This document shows positions 1-11,905 of a stretch of 64,000 nucleotides of DNA, piece by piece. Each line of letters begins with the position of its first letter. The first letter of the stretch is position 1. The notes below the pieces were generated by a model, which saw only the letters and a list, made by a program, of their open reading frames with translations, did not search any database and was not told the DNA's origin. Origin of the DNA: Chrysochromulina tobinii (lineage: Eukaryota); NCBI GenBank assembly GCA_001275005.1, contig JWZX01003313.1:1-64000 (forward strand). The letters are read 5' to 3'. The translations under genes were made by a program, and so were the position numbers.

Positions 1-1149
1 AACCACGCCGACCCAGGTCCGCGCGTGATGGGCTTCGAGGGCATCGCGCCGCTCATGTGCCCGTGCTGCGTCGAGGACGTGACGGGCACAGAAGGTCCCG
101 CCCTCGCAGGGAACGTACCTACCTCGCAGCTGCTGCCCCTGTGCCGCTCATGATGCGGACGATCTGTGTCTTAGGTGGGCTGCGTCCCCTCCGTTGCGCG
201 CGCACGCCTTTTCCCGTGATCAGGTCATGTGTCAAAATGAGTGAATCTAATTTTAACACTCCGAGACGCCATCAACTCGCTGCTCAGCTCCTATATCATA
301 CGCTCAGATGCCTATCATCGAGCTCGTCGATAAAGCATAAGCGGCCGAGTCGCTTCTTGCGATGGCTGGGTACGGCGGTTGCCCTTCTCGAGGATCGGGT
401 CGTCGTTGCGGTCGCCCGGGCCGCTGTCTTCGTCTCCTCTTCCGCCTTGGTCGCCGCCGCCTCCGCGCCATCGCCGCCTCCGGTGCCGCTGCGAGTGCTG
501 CTGCAAAGGCGACGGTAGAGACGACGGCGGCATCGAACCTGTGCACCGACGCGCCCGATGGCGCGCGCCCCTCGGGGAACGCAAAGATGCGCTCAACACC
601 GTCGCTTGACGACAGTGTCGAGCACAGATTAGCTTCCGTCGCCGCCGCCGCCGCCGCAACCGCATTGTCGTGCGCGGTAAAGACCTGCAACCTGGTGGAA
701 GGCAAGGGCAGGCCGGTTTGAGTTGGCGGGACACAGGGCATGAGACGCATGGGCGTGGCTTCAGGTTCTATCAGCACATGCTGAAGGTGCGTCATGAATT
801 GAAGGTGAGGTCCATCGCACCTGTGATTCGACTCCTCTACTGAATCCTTTGTTCCGATCACGCATCCCTGAGCTCAGTTTTGGTCGTCCACGAGTGGCCA
901 TCCATGAGGATCTGGATGCGGTGCACTCGGGATATCCTATGTTCGCAGCCGGAGCATCTGATCAGCCGCCAAACTCGTGCCAGGACGGTCCGGGACGAGC
1001 CAGCATGGGCCGGGACAGGCGCCATTCGGATTTTTGGTTATTGTCGCTAACCCCACTTTCTCTCTGACAGTGTGGCGGCGCGTCCCCGCGCCGCACGCGA
1101 CCGCGTGTCATACGATACTACGATTCTAGGTTCAGACTACAACCACAGA

Positions 1150-2505
1150 CTACAACTCGTCGTGCTTCTCTGGCTTTCGGGTACTCGCTCTGGTCGGATC
1201 GGCACCCTGACGCCCGCCGGCGCCCTGACGCCCGCGGATGGCGCGCATCTCCTCTACAACGCCCTCCATCGCGCCCTGATCGACCTTGCCCACGACGGCG
1301 CGCACGCGCCAGGACGACGCGGCCACCGCAGCTGCTGAGAGCGCGGCCCCCACCGAGGACGCCTTGGGGGTGATGGGCCCGGCAGCGGAGGCGGCCGTGC
1401 CCACTGGGCGCGCAGCCATGACGAAACGCGCATGCAACCGAGCGTCTGGCAGCGCTGCCGGCGGCACGCGCAGCCGACGTGCAAGCGCAAGGGTGAGGTC
1501 TTCGCTGTGGGTGCCGACGGCGAAGCGCAGGGCGTCTTCGGGCGGCACGGCCGCGCATATCATGTGCTCGGGCAGCCATGCGCTCGAGCGCTGCACTGCC
1601 GCTGGCGGGCATCTAACTGGTGACTCTCTCGCGGCGATCCGCCCGAGACGGCGCTCGAGGTAGCGCCGCTGGCCAGCACGCACTGAAGGCGGTAGGAGTA
1701 ACAGGCCGAGTGTGTGCGCACTCGCCATGAGCACGTCCAACGCCGTGTCGAGCGCCGTCCCGTTGGGCGCCAGCTGGGTCACATCGGGCAGCGCGCCGCG
1801 CTCGAGAAACTGGTGGAGCGAGAGGGCCTCCGCCTCAAGCACGCTATGCCACATCTCCGAGGCCGGCGGCAGCGCCGAGGAGGTCGAGCTGGCAGCATCC
1901 GTGCCAGACGAGGCGGTGCCCGACGCCTCGCGCGCGCCCTGAAGCCTCCGCCAGCGCTCCACCACCGCCGTATCGCCGGGCAGCTGCGGCACGCGGTACT
2001 CGTGCAGCAGCAGCGACGGTACTGCGCTGCCATTGGAGGCGAGCGCGCTGCCCCGCGGCGATAGATACACGGTCGCTCCGCTCGTGCCTCGGCCGATGTT
2101 GGCGCGGCCGAGCAGCGGCCTCAGCTCCACTGGCCGCGAGTCGTCCACGAGCTGCTTGGCGACCGTGAGAAAGATGGTGTGCTCCGTCTGCTCGACGCTG
2201 CCGAAGAAGCCGATGGCACGGCCGCCGCCGGCCGCCGAGAGGAAATCGGACGTCTCCTCGAGGATGTGGAAGTGACGCACACGCGGCTGGTCGGCTTCCA
2301 GGTCGCCGCCAGCCCACGCGCGCAGAGTCGGATCGATGCCAGCCATCGGCGCTATCAGCGCCTTCACTGCAGGTGCCCATGTCGGCGCTTCCGTTATCCA
2401 AGAAGGAAGCCCCATCATGTGAAGCCCTAAAATCACGCGACTGTGACTCTTCAGGGGTCGAAGGGGAGGGTTTCGAGAAATGCCGGCCGAGGCGGCCGAG
2501 GCCAA
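1150..2505 (-). CDS. Hypothetical protein, possibly with a thioredoxin-like (PDI b-type) segment; true start may be the internal MMGLPSW
   Basis: 451-aa ORF with globular-looking composition; RAIGFFGSVEQTEHTIFLTVAKQL resembles PDI b-domain segments. Confidence 0.45.
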   Translation of the reverse strand: MASAASAGISRNPPLRPLKSHSRVILGLHMMGLPSWITEAPTWAPAVKALIAPMAGIDPTLRAWAGGDLEADQPRVRHFHILEETSDFLSAAGGGRAIGFFGSVEQTEHTIFLTVAKQLVDDSRPVELRPLLGRANIGRGTSGATVYLSPRGSALASNGSAVPSLLLHEYRVPQLPGDTAVVERWRRLQGAREASGTASSGTDAASSTSSALPPASEMWHSVLEAEALSLHQFLERGALPDVTQLAPNGTALDTALDVLMASAHTLGLLLLPPSVRAGQRRYLERRLGRIAARESPVRCPPAAVQRSSAWLPEHMICAAVPPEDALRFAVGTHSEDLTLALARRLRVPPAALPDARLHARFVMAARPVGTAASAAGPITPKASSVGAALSAAAVAASSWRVRAVVGKVDQGAMEGVVEEMRAIRGRQGAGGRQGADPTRASTRKPEKHDEL

Positions 2506-2567
2506 CGCGGCGGTGAGTGGCCTTCACCCGACACTTCGCTCTTTGACGGGGACTAATTCGCATTAGT

Positions 2568-3446
2568 ATGCAGCGCCCCTGGGCAACGAGGGCCAACTTG
2601 CTCAAGTGCAAGCACGTCGATGGCATGATCGATGCGCTCGTGGCTCATCAACCCAAGATACAGGGCCTCGCCGGCCTTCTCGCCATCCTCACGCTTACGT
2701 GCCCATCCCCAACCGAACGGATGCAGGAACTGCGGTCACAATCGAGCGGCGTGTTTGACACGCTTCCCGGCGTTTTGTCAGGCGGCCGGCCTGCGACGGT
2801 AAGTTTATCACGCATATGCGGCCTGCTGCTCAACTTCACTGGCAGCCTGCGCAGTGATGGGCGCCGTGAGAGCAAGGTGGCATGTGGACCTGCCGCCAAG
2901 ACGCTGCGCTCACCGTGCTCTGTCATCTCTGTGGGGAGCAATGGCGAAGCAGCCTTCGAGACGGCTATACACACCATCGCACCACAGTGCACGATCGATG
3001 TATGGGACGGCACACTGAACGCCGCCAAACGAGCCCGCGTGCCCAAGTATTCCAACCTACACTTTGTTGCACGCAACTTCAAGCCAGATAGTCACCTTCA
3101 GTACGCTGGTCGGCGACGCATCTCATTGCTCAAGATGGATTGTGAAGGCTGCGAGATCGACTCGCTTCACAAGTTTCTCGAGGCCATTTGCACCGATCAG
3201 GTAATAGTGGAGGTCCATGCCTATCCACGATTGTGGATGGACACGAACGCGAGCTCACCCGAAGCGAATGGGCACACGCTCAGCCAATCGAAAGCTGCGC
3301 ACCAATTTGATGGGCTTGCTGCCTTCTTTGCGCGGCTGGGCACGCACTACTCGCCATTCTTCGGCGAGTATAATCCGAGCTGCGGGCCGGTGGTGCGCTG
3401 CTTTGAGGTCTCGTATGTGCGCCGGGTTCCGTGTGCTGAATCATGA
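2568..3446 (+). CDS. METTL24/FkbM-like (Methyltransf_22) SAM-dependent methyltransferase
   Basis: CSVISVGSNGEAAFE..CTIDVWD and ISLLKMDCEGCE..DQVIVEVH motifs; N-terminal hydrophobic anchor. Confidence 0.75.
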   Translation: MQRPWATRANLLKCKHVDGMIDALVAHQPKIQGLAGLLAILTLTCPSPTERMQELRSQSSGVFDTLPGVLSGGRPATVSLSRICGLLLNFTGSLRSDGRRESKVACGPAAKTLRSPCSVISVGSNGEAAFETAIHTIAPQCTIDVWDGTLNAAKRARVPKYSNLHFVARNFKPDSHLQYAGRRRISLLKMDCEGCEIDSLHKFLEAICTDQVIVEVHAYPRLWMDTNASSPEANGHTLSQSKAAHQFDGLAAFFARLGTHYSPFFGEYNPSCGPVVRCFEVSYVRRVPCAES

Positions 3447-3697
3447 TTGAGTCCGACGCCGACGGTTATAGCTTATACGGACGGTGTTGACGGACCACCC
3501 ACTACTTTAACTTTTCGCGTTTCGTTCGGTTCTAATTCGGTTCGGTTCCCGCCGGCCGTGCACGCCCGTCGGAGATAAATCTGCCGAGGAAAAGACCGCC
3601 CTGTGGGCTCCCCGTCCGCTGGATTTAAAACAGTGCCCCGATTGTCACATTCACACCGATCTTCACACACAAGGCCTGGTACCGGTATTCGTCTCAC

Positions 3698-4735
3698 ATG
3701 GTTTTCCTCTCATCGCGCATGGACGACCTGAACTGCAACAACCAATGCCGCTGGTACCTCGGATTTTTCGATCGCGCCATCACCGGCTCGCTCAGCCTTT
3801 CAAGTGTCGAAAGATGCGACTGCGTGCGTGCCAATGCAAGCATCGGCTCTGCACCGTACTACACTACCGATCATCCCTTCGTCGGCCCGCCCACCGTGCC
3901 TCCGGATCCGCTCAGCCAGGCGCTGTGCTGCAAGGAGGGCCCAGATGTGCCGCTCGCGAGCTGCACCGCGACGGGACTCTGCCATGCGAACACATACGAG
4001 AACGCCAAGCCCTTTGACACGAATGCCACGTGGGCCGACACTTACTCCACACCGTTTGTGTGCGTGCTGCCCAAATCCACCTCGCGCTACTCGGAGAGCT
4101 GGCAGATGCCGGCGGCCGTCCACGCGGCGTGCATGCAGGACGGAGACGCCGCAGCGGACTCGCGCTGCCGGCAGTGGAGGTCCGAGCTCCTCGCTGCGGG
4201 CACGGAGGTCCTTCACTGCGGCGAGTGCAGCGCGTGCAGCACTCGGCACGACCTCGAGGTCTTGAATCGCACCAAGGACTTCATCACGGAGCGCACGACG
4301 AGCTGCAGCACCCATTTTGTAGCGCAGGAATGGTGGACGGTCGACGACCTGAGCGCGTGCCTCGTGGCGGCCGGCATCGACTTCTCCACTGACCCGGCGC
4401 TGGCGTGGGCGCAGTCTACAGACAAGCCGTCGTGCATGGACGCGTGGACGGACAACGTTGTGAGCGATGCCACGCTCTGCAAGAGCTTCTGCTACACCAA
4501 GTTCGTCAACTCGACCAACACTGGCGACTTTGCGCGCGACCAGTGCTTGCAGTGCGACGAGTACTCGAGCGGACCCGCCTTTATCAAAACCGCCGGCGCC
4601 AACCGGCGCAGCACGGGCATCCAGAGCGACATCAATCGCACACAGCTCCTTGGCACGCCGTGGGAGCAGAAGATCTGCAAGGTGGGCTTCTTCTCAGGTG
4701 CGCGCGATAGTCGCGGGAGCATCGCTGGGCGATAG
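3698..4735 (+). CDS. Cysteine-rich uncharacterised protein, probably secreted
   Basis: 345-aa ORF with many Cys; HCGECSACST..DL and CLQCDE..SGPAF...AGANRR..GI.SDI.R look like conserved-family motifs. Confidence 0.7.
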   Translation: MVFLSSRMDDLNCNNQCRWYLGFFDRAITGSLSLSSVERCDCVRANASIGSAPYYTTDHPFVGPPTVPPDPLSQALCCKEGPDVPLASCTATGLCHANTYENAKPFDTNATWADTYSTPFVCVLPKSTSRYSESWQMPAAVHAACMQDGDAAADSRCRQWRSELLAAGTEVLHCGECSACSTRHDLEVLNRTKDFITERTTSCSTHFVAQEWWTVDDLSACLVAAGIDFSTDPALAWAQSTDKPSCMDAWTDNVVSDATLCKSFCYTKFVNSTNTGDFARDQCLQCDEYSSGPAFIKTAGANRRSTGIQSDINRTQLLGTPWEQKICKVGFFSGARDSRGSIAGR

Positions 4736-4913
4736 TTTGTGCACTGGAGCGCGTGATTCACCGAAAGTCGACTCCTCCTTCAATTTCATAGAGGCCCCCG
4801 TGCGTGGGGGTCCGGAGCGTGTGCGCTGCGCTCTAGCAGCAACAGTCGACCTCCCTTCTTCACGGGCGGCGCTGTTCGCGAGTTTGTTCGCGCCACAGGT
4901 CAACATCGGCGTA

Positions 4914-7777
4914 ATGCCCTCGGACCTTGACGTGTCCGCCCTGTGTGACGCCGCGCGCCAAGCGAGCGGGGCTGACGCGCCTGTGCTTCGCCTGCGCGCG
5001 GCCCTCGCGCTCGCCTCGGATGCGCCGGACGACTCGTGGCAGCGCCAGCGTGGAACGAGCCTGGTGAGCTCTCAGGCGGTCGAGGCGATGCAAGCAGAGC
5101 TGGGTGAGGTGCCGGCGAGCGCCAGCCAGTCAAGCAGCGATGCGCTCACGCTGTCGCTCGCCACGCTCGCCACACTACCTTCTCTGCGGTCCTTTGCATC
5201 AGCTCTGCTGCGTCCGCCATCGCCACCACCGCCGCCCACTACCGATGCAGCGTGGCAACCAAGTGCGCCGCCGGCTGTAGCTGACAGCGGCGCGCTCGGC
5301 AAGCGACCCAGAGGGGATGCGGCGCGAGGTGACGAGCGCGAAAACACGGCCATGCAAATCTCCCACCTGCCGCCGCCGTCGTCCACGGCCTCCGCTGCCG
5401 TACCGCGCTTTGGCACCGGCCCGGGCCCAACCTACGGCAGCGATGGCGGATATGAGCAAGGCCAAGGCCGACCCGCCGATGCGCCCGGCGGCTACGTCAA
5501 GAGTGGTGGCGCCAAGGATGGTGCCAAGGGTGGCGGTGGCGGTTATTTGGGCGTGCCGCCCCAGTACGGTGGCGGTAGCTGCGGTAGCTCCGCGGGCGGC
5601 GGCAGCGGCAACGGTGGCAGCTGGTCTGGCGCCGAGGCCGAAGATGCGGCGATGGATGTGGACGATGGAGGCCGATGGTACGGCGGGCAGGGGAGCAGTG
5701 GCAGCGCCAGTGGCATCTTCCAGTCCGCCGCCGCGAAGATGGCCATCGATCGGAGTCAAAAGGGTGGCGGACGTGGCAAGGGTTACCTCGGAAACGGTGG
5801 CAAGGGCAGTGGCGGCTACGGCGACGAGGACTACTACGGCGGCTACGGCGGCTACGGCGGTGGTGCTCCGGGCGGCTGCCGCCCACCTCCGGGGCTGTCC
5901 GCCGCCCTTGGTGGTCCTCCGCCGGCCATCGCGGGAGGAGGTCGGGTCTCAGGTCTGCGAGGCGGCGGGCGGCGCGGCAGAGGTGGGTTTGTGCCGCCGC
6001 AGCCGCTCGGCGCGAGGGACGCTGCGCGTGAGGGAGGCGGCCGTGAGGGTGGCGCGCACGGAGGTGGGCACGGTGGAGGTGGTGGCGGCGGACGCGGCGG
6101 CGGCGGCGGCGGCGGCGGTAGCGCTTATCACGCGGCCACGGGCGGCGGCGGCGGCGGCGGCGGTGGCGGGGGCGGCGGCGGCGGCAATCATGGCGGTGGC
6201 GCCCATGGCAGGGGCGGCGGCGGCGGCGGCGGCTCCAGCGAGGCAGCGGAGCTCGCTGATCACCCTGCGCTCAAGGGCATTGACCTCGCGCTCGTCGAGC
6301 AAGTCTTGACCGAGGTGGTCGACCGCTCACCCGGTGTGCGACGGGATGCGGTCGCCAGACTCGAGGCGCCCCAGCGACCTTGCATGCAAGTGCCCACTAC
6401 AGCGCGGTCGCCAGACTCGAGGCGCCCCAGCGACCTTGCATGCAAGTGCCCACTACAGCGCGGTCGCCAGACTCGAGGCGCCCCAGCGACCTTGCTTGCA
6501 TGCATGTGCTCACCACGCGGCGCCCGACCTGGCTTGCATGCATGTGCTCACCCACCGGTATGCCCCTCCCCTCGTTCACAGGTGTGCGATGGGAGGCTAT
6601 CGCCGGACTGGAGTTTGCCAAAAAGTCGGTGCACGAGGTGACGGTCTTGCCGCTGCTGCACCCACAGCTCTTCCGCGGTGCTCGCGAGCCTCCACGCGGG
6701 CTTTTGCTCTTCGGCCCTCCGGGCACAGGCAAGACGCTCATCGCGAAGGCCATCGCGACCGAGGCCTCCTCCACCTTCTTCTCCATCTCGTCCTCGTCGC
6801 TCATGTCCAAGTGGATGGGGGAGGGGGAGAAGATGGTGAGGGCCCTCTTCGCCGTCGCGCGTGCCAAGCAGCCTGCAGTCATCTTCATCGATGAGGTCGA
6901 CTCAGTCCTCTCCCAGCGCCGCGAGGGGGAACAGGAAGGTACCATCCGCATCAAGAACGAGCTGCTCGTGCAGATCGATGGCGCGGGGAGCACTGACCAG
7001 GAGGTGCGCTTGCATGCAGGCTGTTCGCCCTCCCCGTTTGCATGCACGATGATCGCCCTTCCCGCTTGCATGCAGGCTGTTCGCCCTCCCCGTTTGCATG
7101 CACGATGATTGCCCTTCCCGCTTGCATGCAGGCTGATCGCCCTTCCCGTTTGCATGCATGCTGATTGCCCTCCCCGCTTGCATGCAGGTGCGGCTACTCG
7201 TGGTAGGGGCCACCAATCGACCACAGGTGCGCCTCCTCTTCGAGCGACTCGAGTCCGGCCTGATGACCTCTGATGATCTCTGATGACATCTGATTGCTTC
7301 CCTCATCAGGAGCTCGATGACGCCGCGCGCCGTCGGCTGCAGAAGCGTCTCCTCATCCCGCTCCCGGACCGCTCCGCGCGTCTACAGATGCTCCAGCGTG
7401 GGCTGCGCGCCGTCGAGGGCGGCCACGGGCTGAGCGAGGAGGACTTTGAGTTGATTGTGGGGCAGACGGACGGGTACTCTGGCTCGGACATGGCTGGGCT
7501 CTGCCGCGAAGCGGCTATGGAGCCGTTAAGAGACGAAGGCTTCTACGACGCGCTGCGTGGCGGTGGCGCCGCCGCCGACGCCGCCGCGCGACAGGTGCGG
7601 CCCGTGTGCCGCGACGACTTCCGTGCGGCGCTGTGCCAGGTGCGCCCATCTGTCTCCCAGCGGGAGCTCGAAGGGTTCGAGGCATGGAACCTGCAGTACG
7701 GCTCTTTCGCCAACCAGGCCTCCATGCGCGAACGCAGCAAGCCCGACGCAGGCGCAGCTGAGTTAGCGGCCTCGTAG
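4914..7777 (+). CDS. FIGNL1: Fidgetin-like 1 AAA ATPase; exons 4914-6333, 6582-7003, 7188-7226, 7310-7777
   Basis: Walker A GPPGTGKT, Walker [25 protein letters not shown] rebuilt across GT-AG introns; FxxA (FQSA) and FVPP motifs in the Gly-rich N-terminus; Vps4-like C-terminal tail. Confidence 0.9.
6334..6581 (+). repeat. FIGNL1 intron 1 containing ~3 tandem copies of a ~55-bp unit
   Basis: gcggtcgccagactcgaggcgccccagcgaccttgcatgcaagtgcccactaca repeated; GT..CAG ends; removal restores DRSPGVRWEAI. Confidence 0.85.
7004..7187 (+). repeat. FIGNL1 intron 2 made almost entirely of ~29-bp gcatgca-containing tandem repeats
   Basis: ttgcatgcaggctgttcgccctccccg-type unit about 6 times; removal restores [13 protein letters not shown]. 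Confidence 0.85.
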
Positions 7778-7925
7778 AGGCAGTTGCCAGGAAAGTTACC
7801 AGGAAAGGTAGGGGTTCGGGGAAAAGACCGCCTTCTCTCCTCTTCGTTCCACGAAGTGTCTCTGCAGCTACGAAGTGTCTCAATCACCGACCGATCAGAT
7901 AGACGACGCGCACTCTAGACACTCA

Positions 7926-9043
7926 ATGTCCGTCTTTGCCGTCGGCGTTGCCATTGCATTGCCCGTGCGGTGTAACGGCGCATTCTGACTGTCGTGCGGT
8001 GTGCTTGCAGGGCTCGCATTATCACCCTCGTCGCTACTACCATCGCTACCACCTCGGCGTTCCAGCTTGGGGCGCCTATGGGCATGCGCGCGTCGGTCGT
8101 GCGCTACTCCGGTGCTCAGGTGCGCGCCATGCACATCCCAACCGAACGCAGAAGACTGACCTCACACATTCCTGACCGTTGTTGTGTTTGCTGCTGGCAG
8201 ATGGCCGCGAAGGACATCGTCGACACTGCGGTCGCTGCTGGCTCCTTCAAGACCCTCGCGGCTGCCCTCGGCGCCGCCGGCCTCGTCGAGACCATGAAGT
8301 CGGCGGGCCCGTTCACCGTCTTCGCGCCGACCGACGACGCCTTCGCCAAGCTTCCGAAGGGCACCGTTGACGACCTGCTCAAGCCCGAGAACAAGGCCAA
8401 GCTCGCCGCCATCCTCACGTACCACGTCGTCTCCGGCAAGGTGATGGCCAGCACTGTCGTCACCATGGACGGCAAGAAGGTGGCCACTGTCAACGGCGCC
8501 GAGGCCACCATCAAGGTCGGCGCGGACGGCGTCATGGTTGACGGCGCCAAGGTCGTGACGACCGACATCGAGTGCGCCAACGGCGTCATCCACGTGATCG
8601 ATTCCGTCATCCTGCCGGCGGAGAAGAAGCCTGACATCGTCGACACTGCGGTCGCTGCTGGCTCCTTCAAGACCCTCGCGGCTGCCCTCGGCGCCGCCGG
8701 CCTCGTCGAGACCATGAAGTCGGCGGGCCCGTTCACCGTCTTCGCGCCGACTGATGACGCCTTCGCCAAGCTTCCGAAGGGCACCGTTGAGGACCTTCTC
8801 AAGCCCGAGAACAAGGCCAAGCTCGCCGCCATCCTCACGTACCACGTCGTCTCCGGCAAGGTGATGGCCAGCACTGTCGTCACCATGGATGGCAAGAAGG
8901 CTGCCACTGTCAACGGCCAGGAGGTTTCGATCAAGGTCGGCGCGGACGGCGTCATGGTTGACGGCGCCAAGGTCGTGACGACCGACATCGAGTGCGCCAA
9001 CGGCGTCATCCACGTGATTGATTCCGTCATCCTGCCCAAGTAA
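7926..9043 (+). CDS. Tandem fasciclin (FAS1 x2) protein with bipartite signal/plastid-type presequence; exons 7926-7927, 8011-8119, 8201-9043
   Basis: Two [33 protein letters not shown] domains; presequence [27 protein letters not shown]. Confidence 0.9.
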
Positions 9044-9909
9044 GCGCAAAAGATGACCAGAAAGAAGCAAGGGGAGCTCCCGAGAGGAGACGCGCTTGGT
9101 GAGGGTTGGTTGATCGGTTTCGAGATATAGAGAAGGGACGCCGCGCAACGCACAGGGCGTAATGTTAGTGAGGTGTCAAACACAGTCCGCGATCACTCAG
9201 ACTCGACGGTTCATCCGCCGGCCAAGCATGCCTCTCGCGTCTCGGGCGCCAATGACCGGTGGTGCATCATTCATTCTTTGGCATCATTGTGATGATAATT
9301 ATGCAACGGCGAACGCGGCCAACGCATGGACACTCTACCTTTCACTCTCTAATGTATTCGCGTTTGAGCGTGGAGTTGTCACCTCATCCTAAATATAGCG
9401 CTAACAGGCTAACGTCACGTGAGCCCTTGTTCGTGGAGGGTGGCGTTCGCGCAGACCGAGCAGCGAGCATCGAATATAGTGCTTCTAGGCGCTTAGCTGG
9501 AGCGTCGTGCGCGGGGCGGGTCATTCGTGCACACGTATCTCCGTATCACGATCTTCAACCGGCATTTGGATTATTTCGCCCGGACCCGCGCGCGGTCGGT
9601 CCGGTCCCTGCGCTACCACCGCACGACGCACCGCCGCGCGCCTCCCACTCGCCGCGCCTTTTACGGCGAATGTAACTCCGTAAACCGTAAGCCGAATGTA
9701 GCTTTGCGCGCTTTTCGATGTGCGACGCGGTATCGAAAATTCAGCACAAGGCCACAAACAGAGCTCTTAGCTAACGCTGACCAAGTCACGCAGCCACGCA
9801 CCAGCGCTTTTGGTTCCGGTTTTGCTCAATCCTCACGACCGCACCGCACGTCCGCGTGACTCTTCTTCCACGCGCTCGCATGTAAAAATGCGCGTCGGAC
9901 ATCTCGCGC

Positions 9910-10944
9910 TCATGCCCACAGCTTAAGGAACGAGTCCCAGCTGCCGGTGCAGAGGGCCATGCCATCATGCGACACGCCCAGGCAGCTCACGCGGTTGTCA
10001 TGCCCCGCGAGGCAGGCGACCTGCTTCCCAGTGAGCGTATCCCACACGTAGCAGTTGAAGTCGTCGTAGCCGGCGAAGATGAAACGGCCAGAGATCGAGA
10101 AATCGACCGAGGTGATGCCGCACAGGATCTTGTCGTGCGTGTAGTCCTGCATCTGCGTCGACGCACGCAAGTCGAAAAGGCGGCAGGAGGCGTCGTCCGA
10201 GCCGGTGGCGAACGCATTGCCGTCGGGGAAGAACTGGACCGCATTGATGTCGCTATCGTGCCCCTCAAAGGTGCGCACACACTCGGGCTTGTGGACGTCC
10301 CACACCTTTGCCAATGAATCGCAAGCTCCGCTCACGAAGATGTCGTACGAGCCCGGCTTGCTCGAGAGGCTCATCACGTCGCCCGAATGATCTGAGTAGT
10401 TCTGGAGCTGCGCGCCTGTCTCTACATCCCACAGCATGCAAGTCATGTCGCCCGACGAGGTGAGGACCTGTGAGCCCGTGCTGTCGAAGAAACGGCAGCA
10501 CGAGAGGTAGCCCGTGTGCGCCGCCAGCTCGCGCGCCACCTTGATCGGCTGCTCCTTGCTGTCAAGGTTGTAGATCGAGCAAATGTTGTCGAGCCCACCG
10601 CACGCGACCTTCTTCCCACTGGGCGAGAAAGCGCATGTCATCACCCACGAGGAGCGGAGTGGGATCGCGTGCACCTTGTTACCGCTGGCCGAGTTCCACA
10701 CGATCAGCTTGCCGTCCTGCGACGCGCTCACCAGCCACTTGTTTGTGTCTGCAGCATCCGAGTGGCACCAGTGCATCGCATAGATCTTGGCAAAGTGGCC
10801 CTTGAGCACCTTGCGGTTTTTTATGTGGTACTTTGGTGCACCCGCAACGTTGAGCGACGCAAGGTCCTCCAGATTCGCCTTCCTCTGCTTGAGCACTTCC
10901 AGCTCCGTCTTCAAGCTAACCAGCTGCGCCTTGGCCATGGTCAC
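9910..10944 (-). CDS. GNB1: Heterotrimeric G-protein beta subunit (7 WD40 repeats)
   Basis: [62 protein letters not shown]. Confidence 0.97.
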   Translation of the reverse strand: MTMAKAQLVSLKTELEVLKQRKANLEDLASLNVAGAPKYHIKNRKVLKGHFAKIYAMHWCHSDAADTNKWLVSASQDGKLIVWNSASGNKVHAIPLRSSWVMTCAFSPSGKKVACGGLDNICSIYNLDSKEQPIKVARELAAHTGYLSCCRFFDSTGSQVLTSSGDMTCMLWDVETGAQLQNYSDHSGDVMSLSSKPGSYDIFVSGACDSLAKVWDVHKPECVRTFEGHDSDINAVQFFPDGNAFATGSDDASCRLFDLRASTQMQDYTHDKILCGITSVDFSISGRFIFAGYDDFNCYVWDTLTGKQVACLAGHDNRVSCLGVSHDGMALCTGSWDSFLKLWA

Positions 10945-11213
10945 TTGTCCTCGAAGCTAACCTGGCAGCACAGCGAGCAGCGCGATGTGGGAGAAGGCAG
11001 CCACGGCTCAGCCAGTCAGCCGACTGCCACGCACCTGAACCACTTTGACAGAGTGTGGGCCAGCGATATGAGCACCTTTCGCGTCGTCACTCGTCTCCTC
11101 TCGACCAACCCGCGGCCCGGTTTCCCTCGGCCCGTAGGAAACTTCACCAAGTTTCAAGTTTCGTGTGCGAAAAAAATACGTCTCACTGCTCCACTGCTCA
11201 AGACGTGTATCTC

Positions 11214-11905
11214 TCACTTGGGCGGCGCGGTTTTCGCCCGCTTGGCTTGCTTCGCTTGCGCCTCGAGCTTCTCCCTCGCCGCCTCTGGGTTGGCGAGCAT
11301 CTCCATCACCCCACCCTTCTGCATCTCCTTGAGCTGTTCGGGATCCATGTTCTCCATCATCTTGGGGAACACGACCATGATGAGCAGCGTGAATCCCATC
11401 ATGAGCACCATCGGGTTCATCAGCATGCCCGCCCAGTTGAAGCCCTCGCGCTTCTCGAAGAAGGTGAGCTTGGCCAAGATCGGCTCAAGCGGCAGCGGGA
11501 AGGGCAGCGGCTGGCGGCTGTGCGTGAGCAGCGCGCGCGCCTTTCCCGACGTCGCGCTCACGTCCAGCCTCACCGTTGGCCACACGCTCTGCGTGTCCAG
11601 CACCTCGAGCAGGTACGAGCCGGGCGCGACTGCATGCAGCTTGAAGCTGCCGTCCTGGCGCGGGATAGCGGTGTACATGCCGCCGTTGAGAACCACGCGC
11701 ACATTATCGAGCGGCAGCTCTGTAGGCGGCGAGCACGAGGCGGAGGAGGTGAGCATGGGGCTGCTGCAGCGAGGGGGGACATGGGAGCATGGCGGAAGCA
11801 TGGCGCACCGGTTGTCAGTCGGCCCTCGACTGTGGCGAGCTGGCGCTGTGCCAGCTCCGCAACCGCGGACGCGAGGATCAGCAAGATTCCGAAAAGCCGC
11901 GTCAT
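11214..11905 (-). CDS. EMC7: ER membrane protein complex subunit 7; intron 11720-11808
   Basis: Signal peptide MTRLFGILLILASAVA; DGSFKLHAVAPGSYLLEV; FFEKREGFNWAGMLMNPMVLMM TM; PKMMENMDPE. Confidence 0.88.

Noticed and set aside
1..1060. Possible gene end at 1-153 (+) and ORF 304-861 (-)
   Set aside because: No recognisable motifs and no confident gene model.
4467..6641. 724-aa Gly-rich ORF as a separate gene
   Set aside because: It is FIGNL1 exon 1 read through into intron 1.
6334..7187. Regular repeats resembling a CRISPR array
   Set aside because: Units are contiguous with no unique spacers, lie inside spliceosomal introns, and no cas genes are present.
8116..9183. Long antisense ORFs over the FAS1 gene (and many similar shadow ORFs elsewhere)
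   Set aside because: Expected from high GC and biased codon usage; no recognisable protein motifs.
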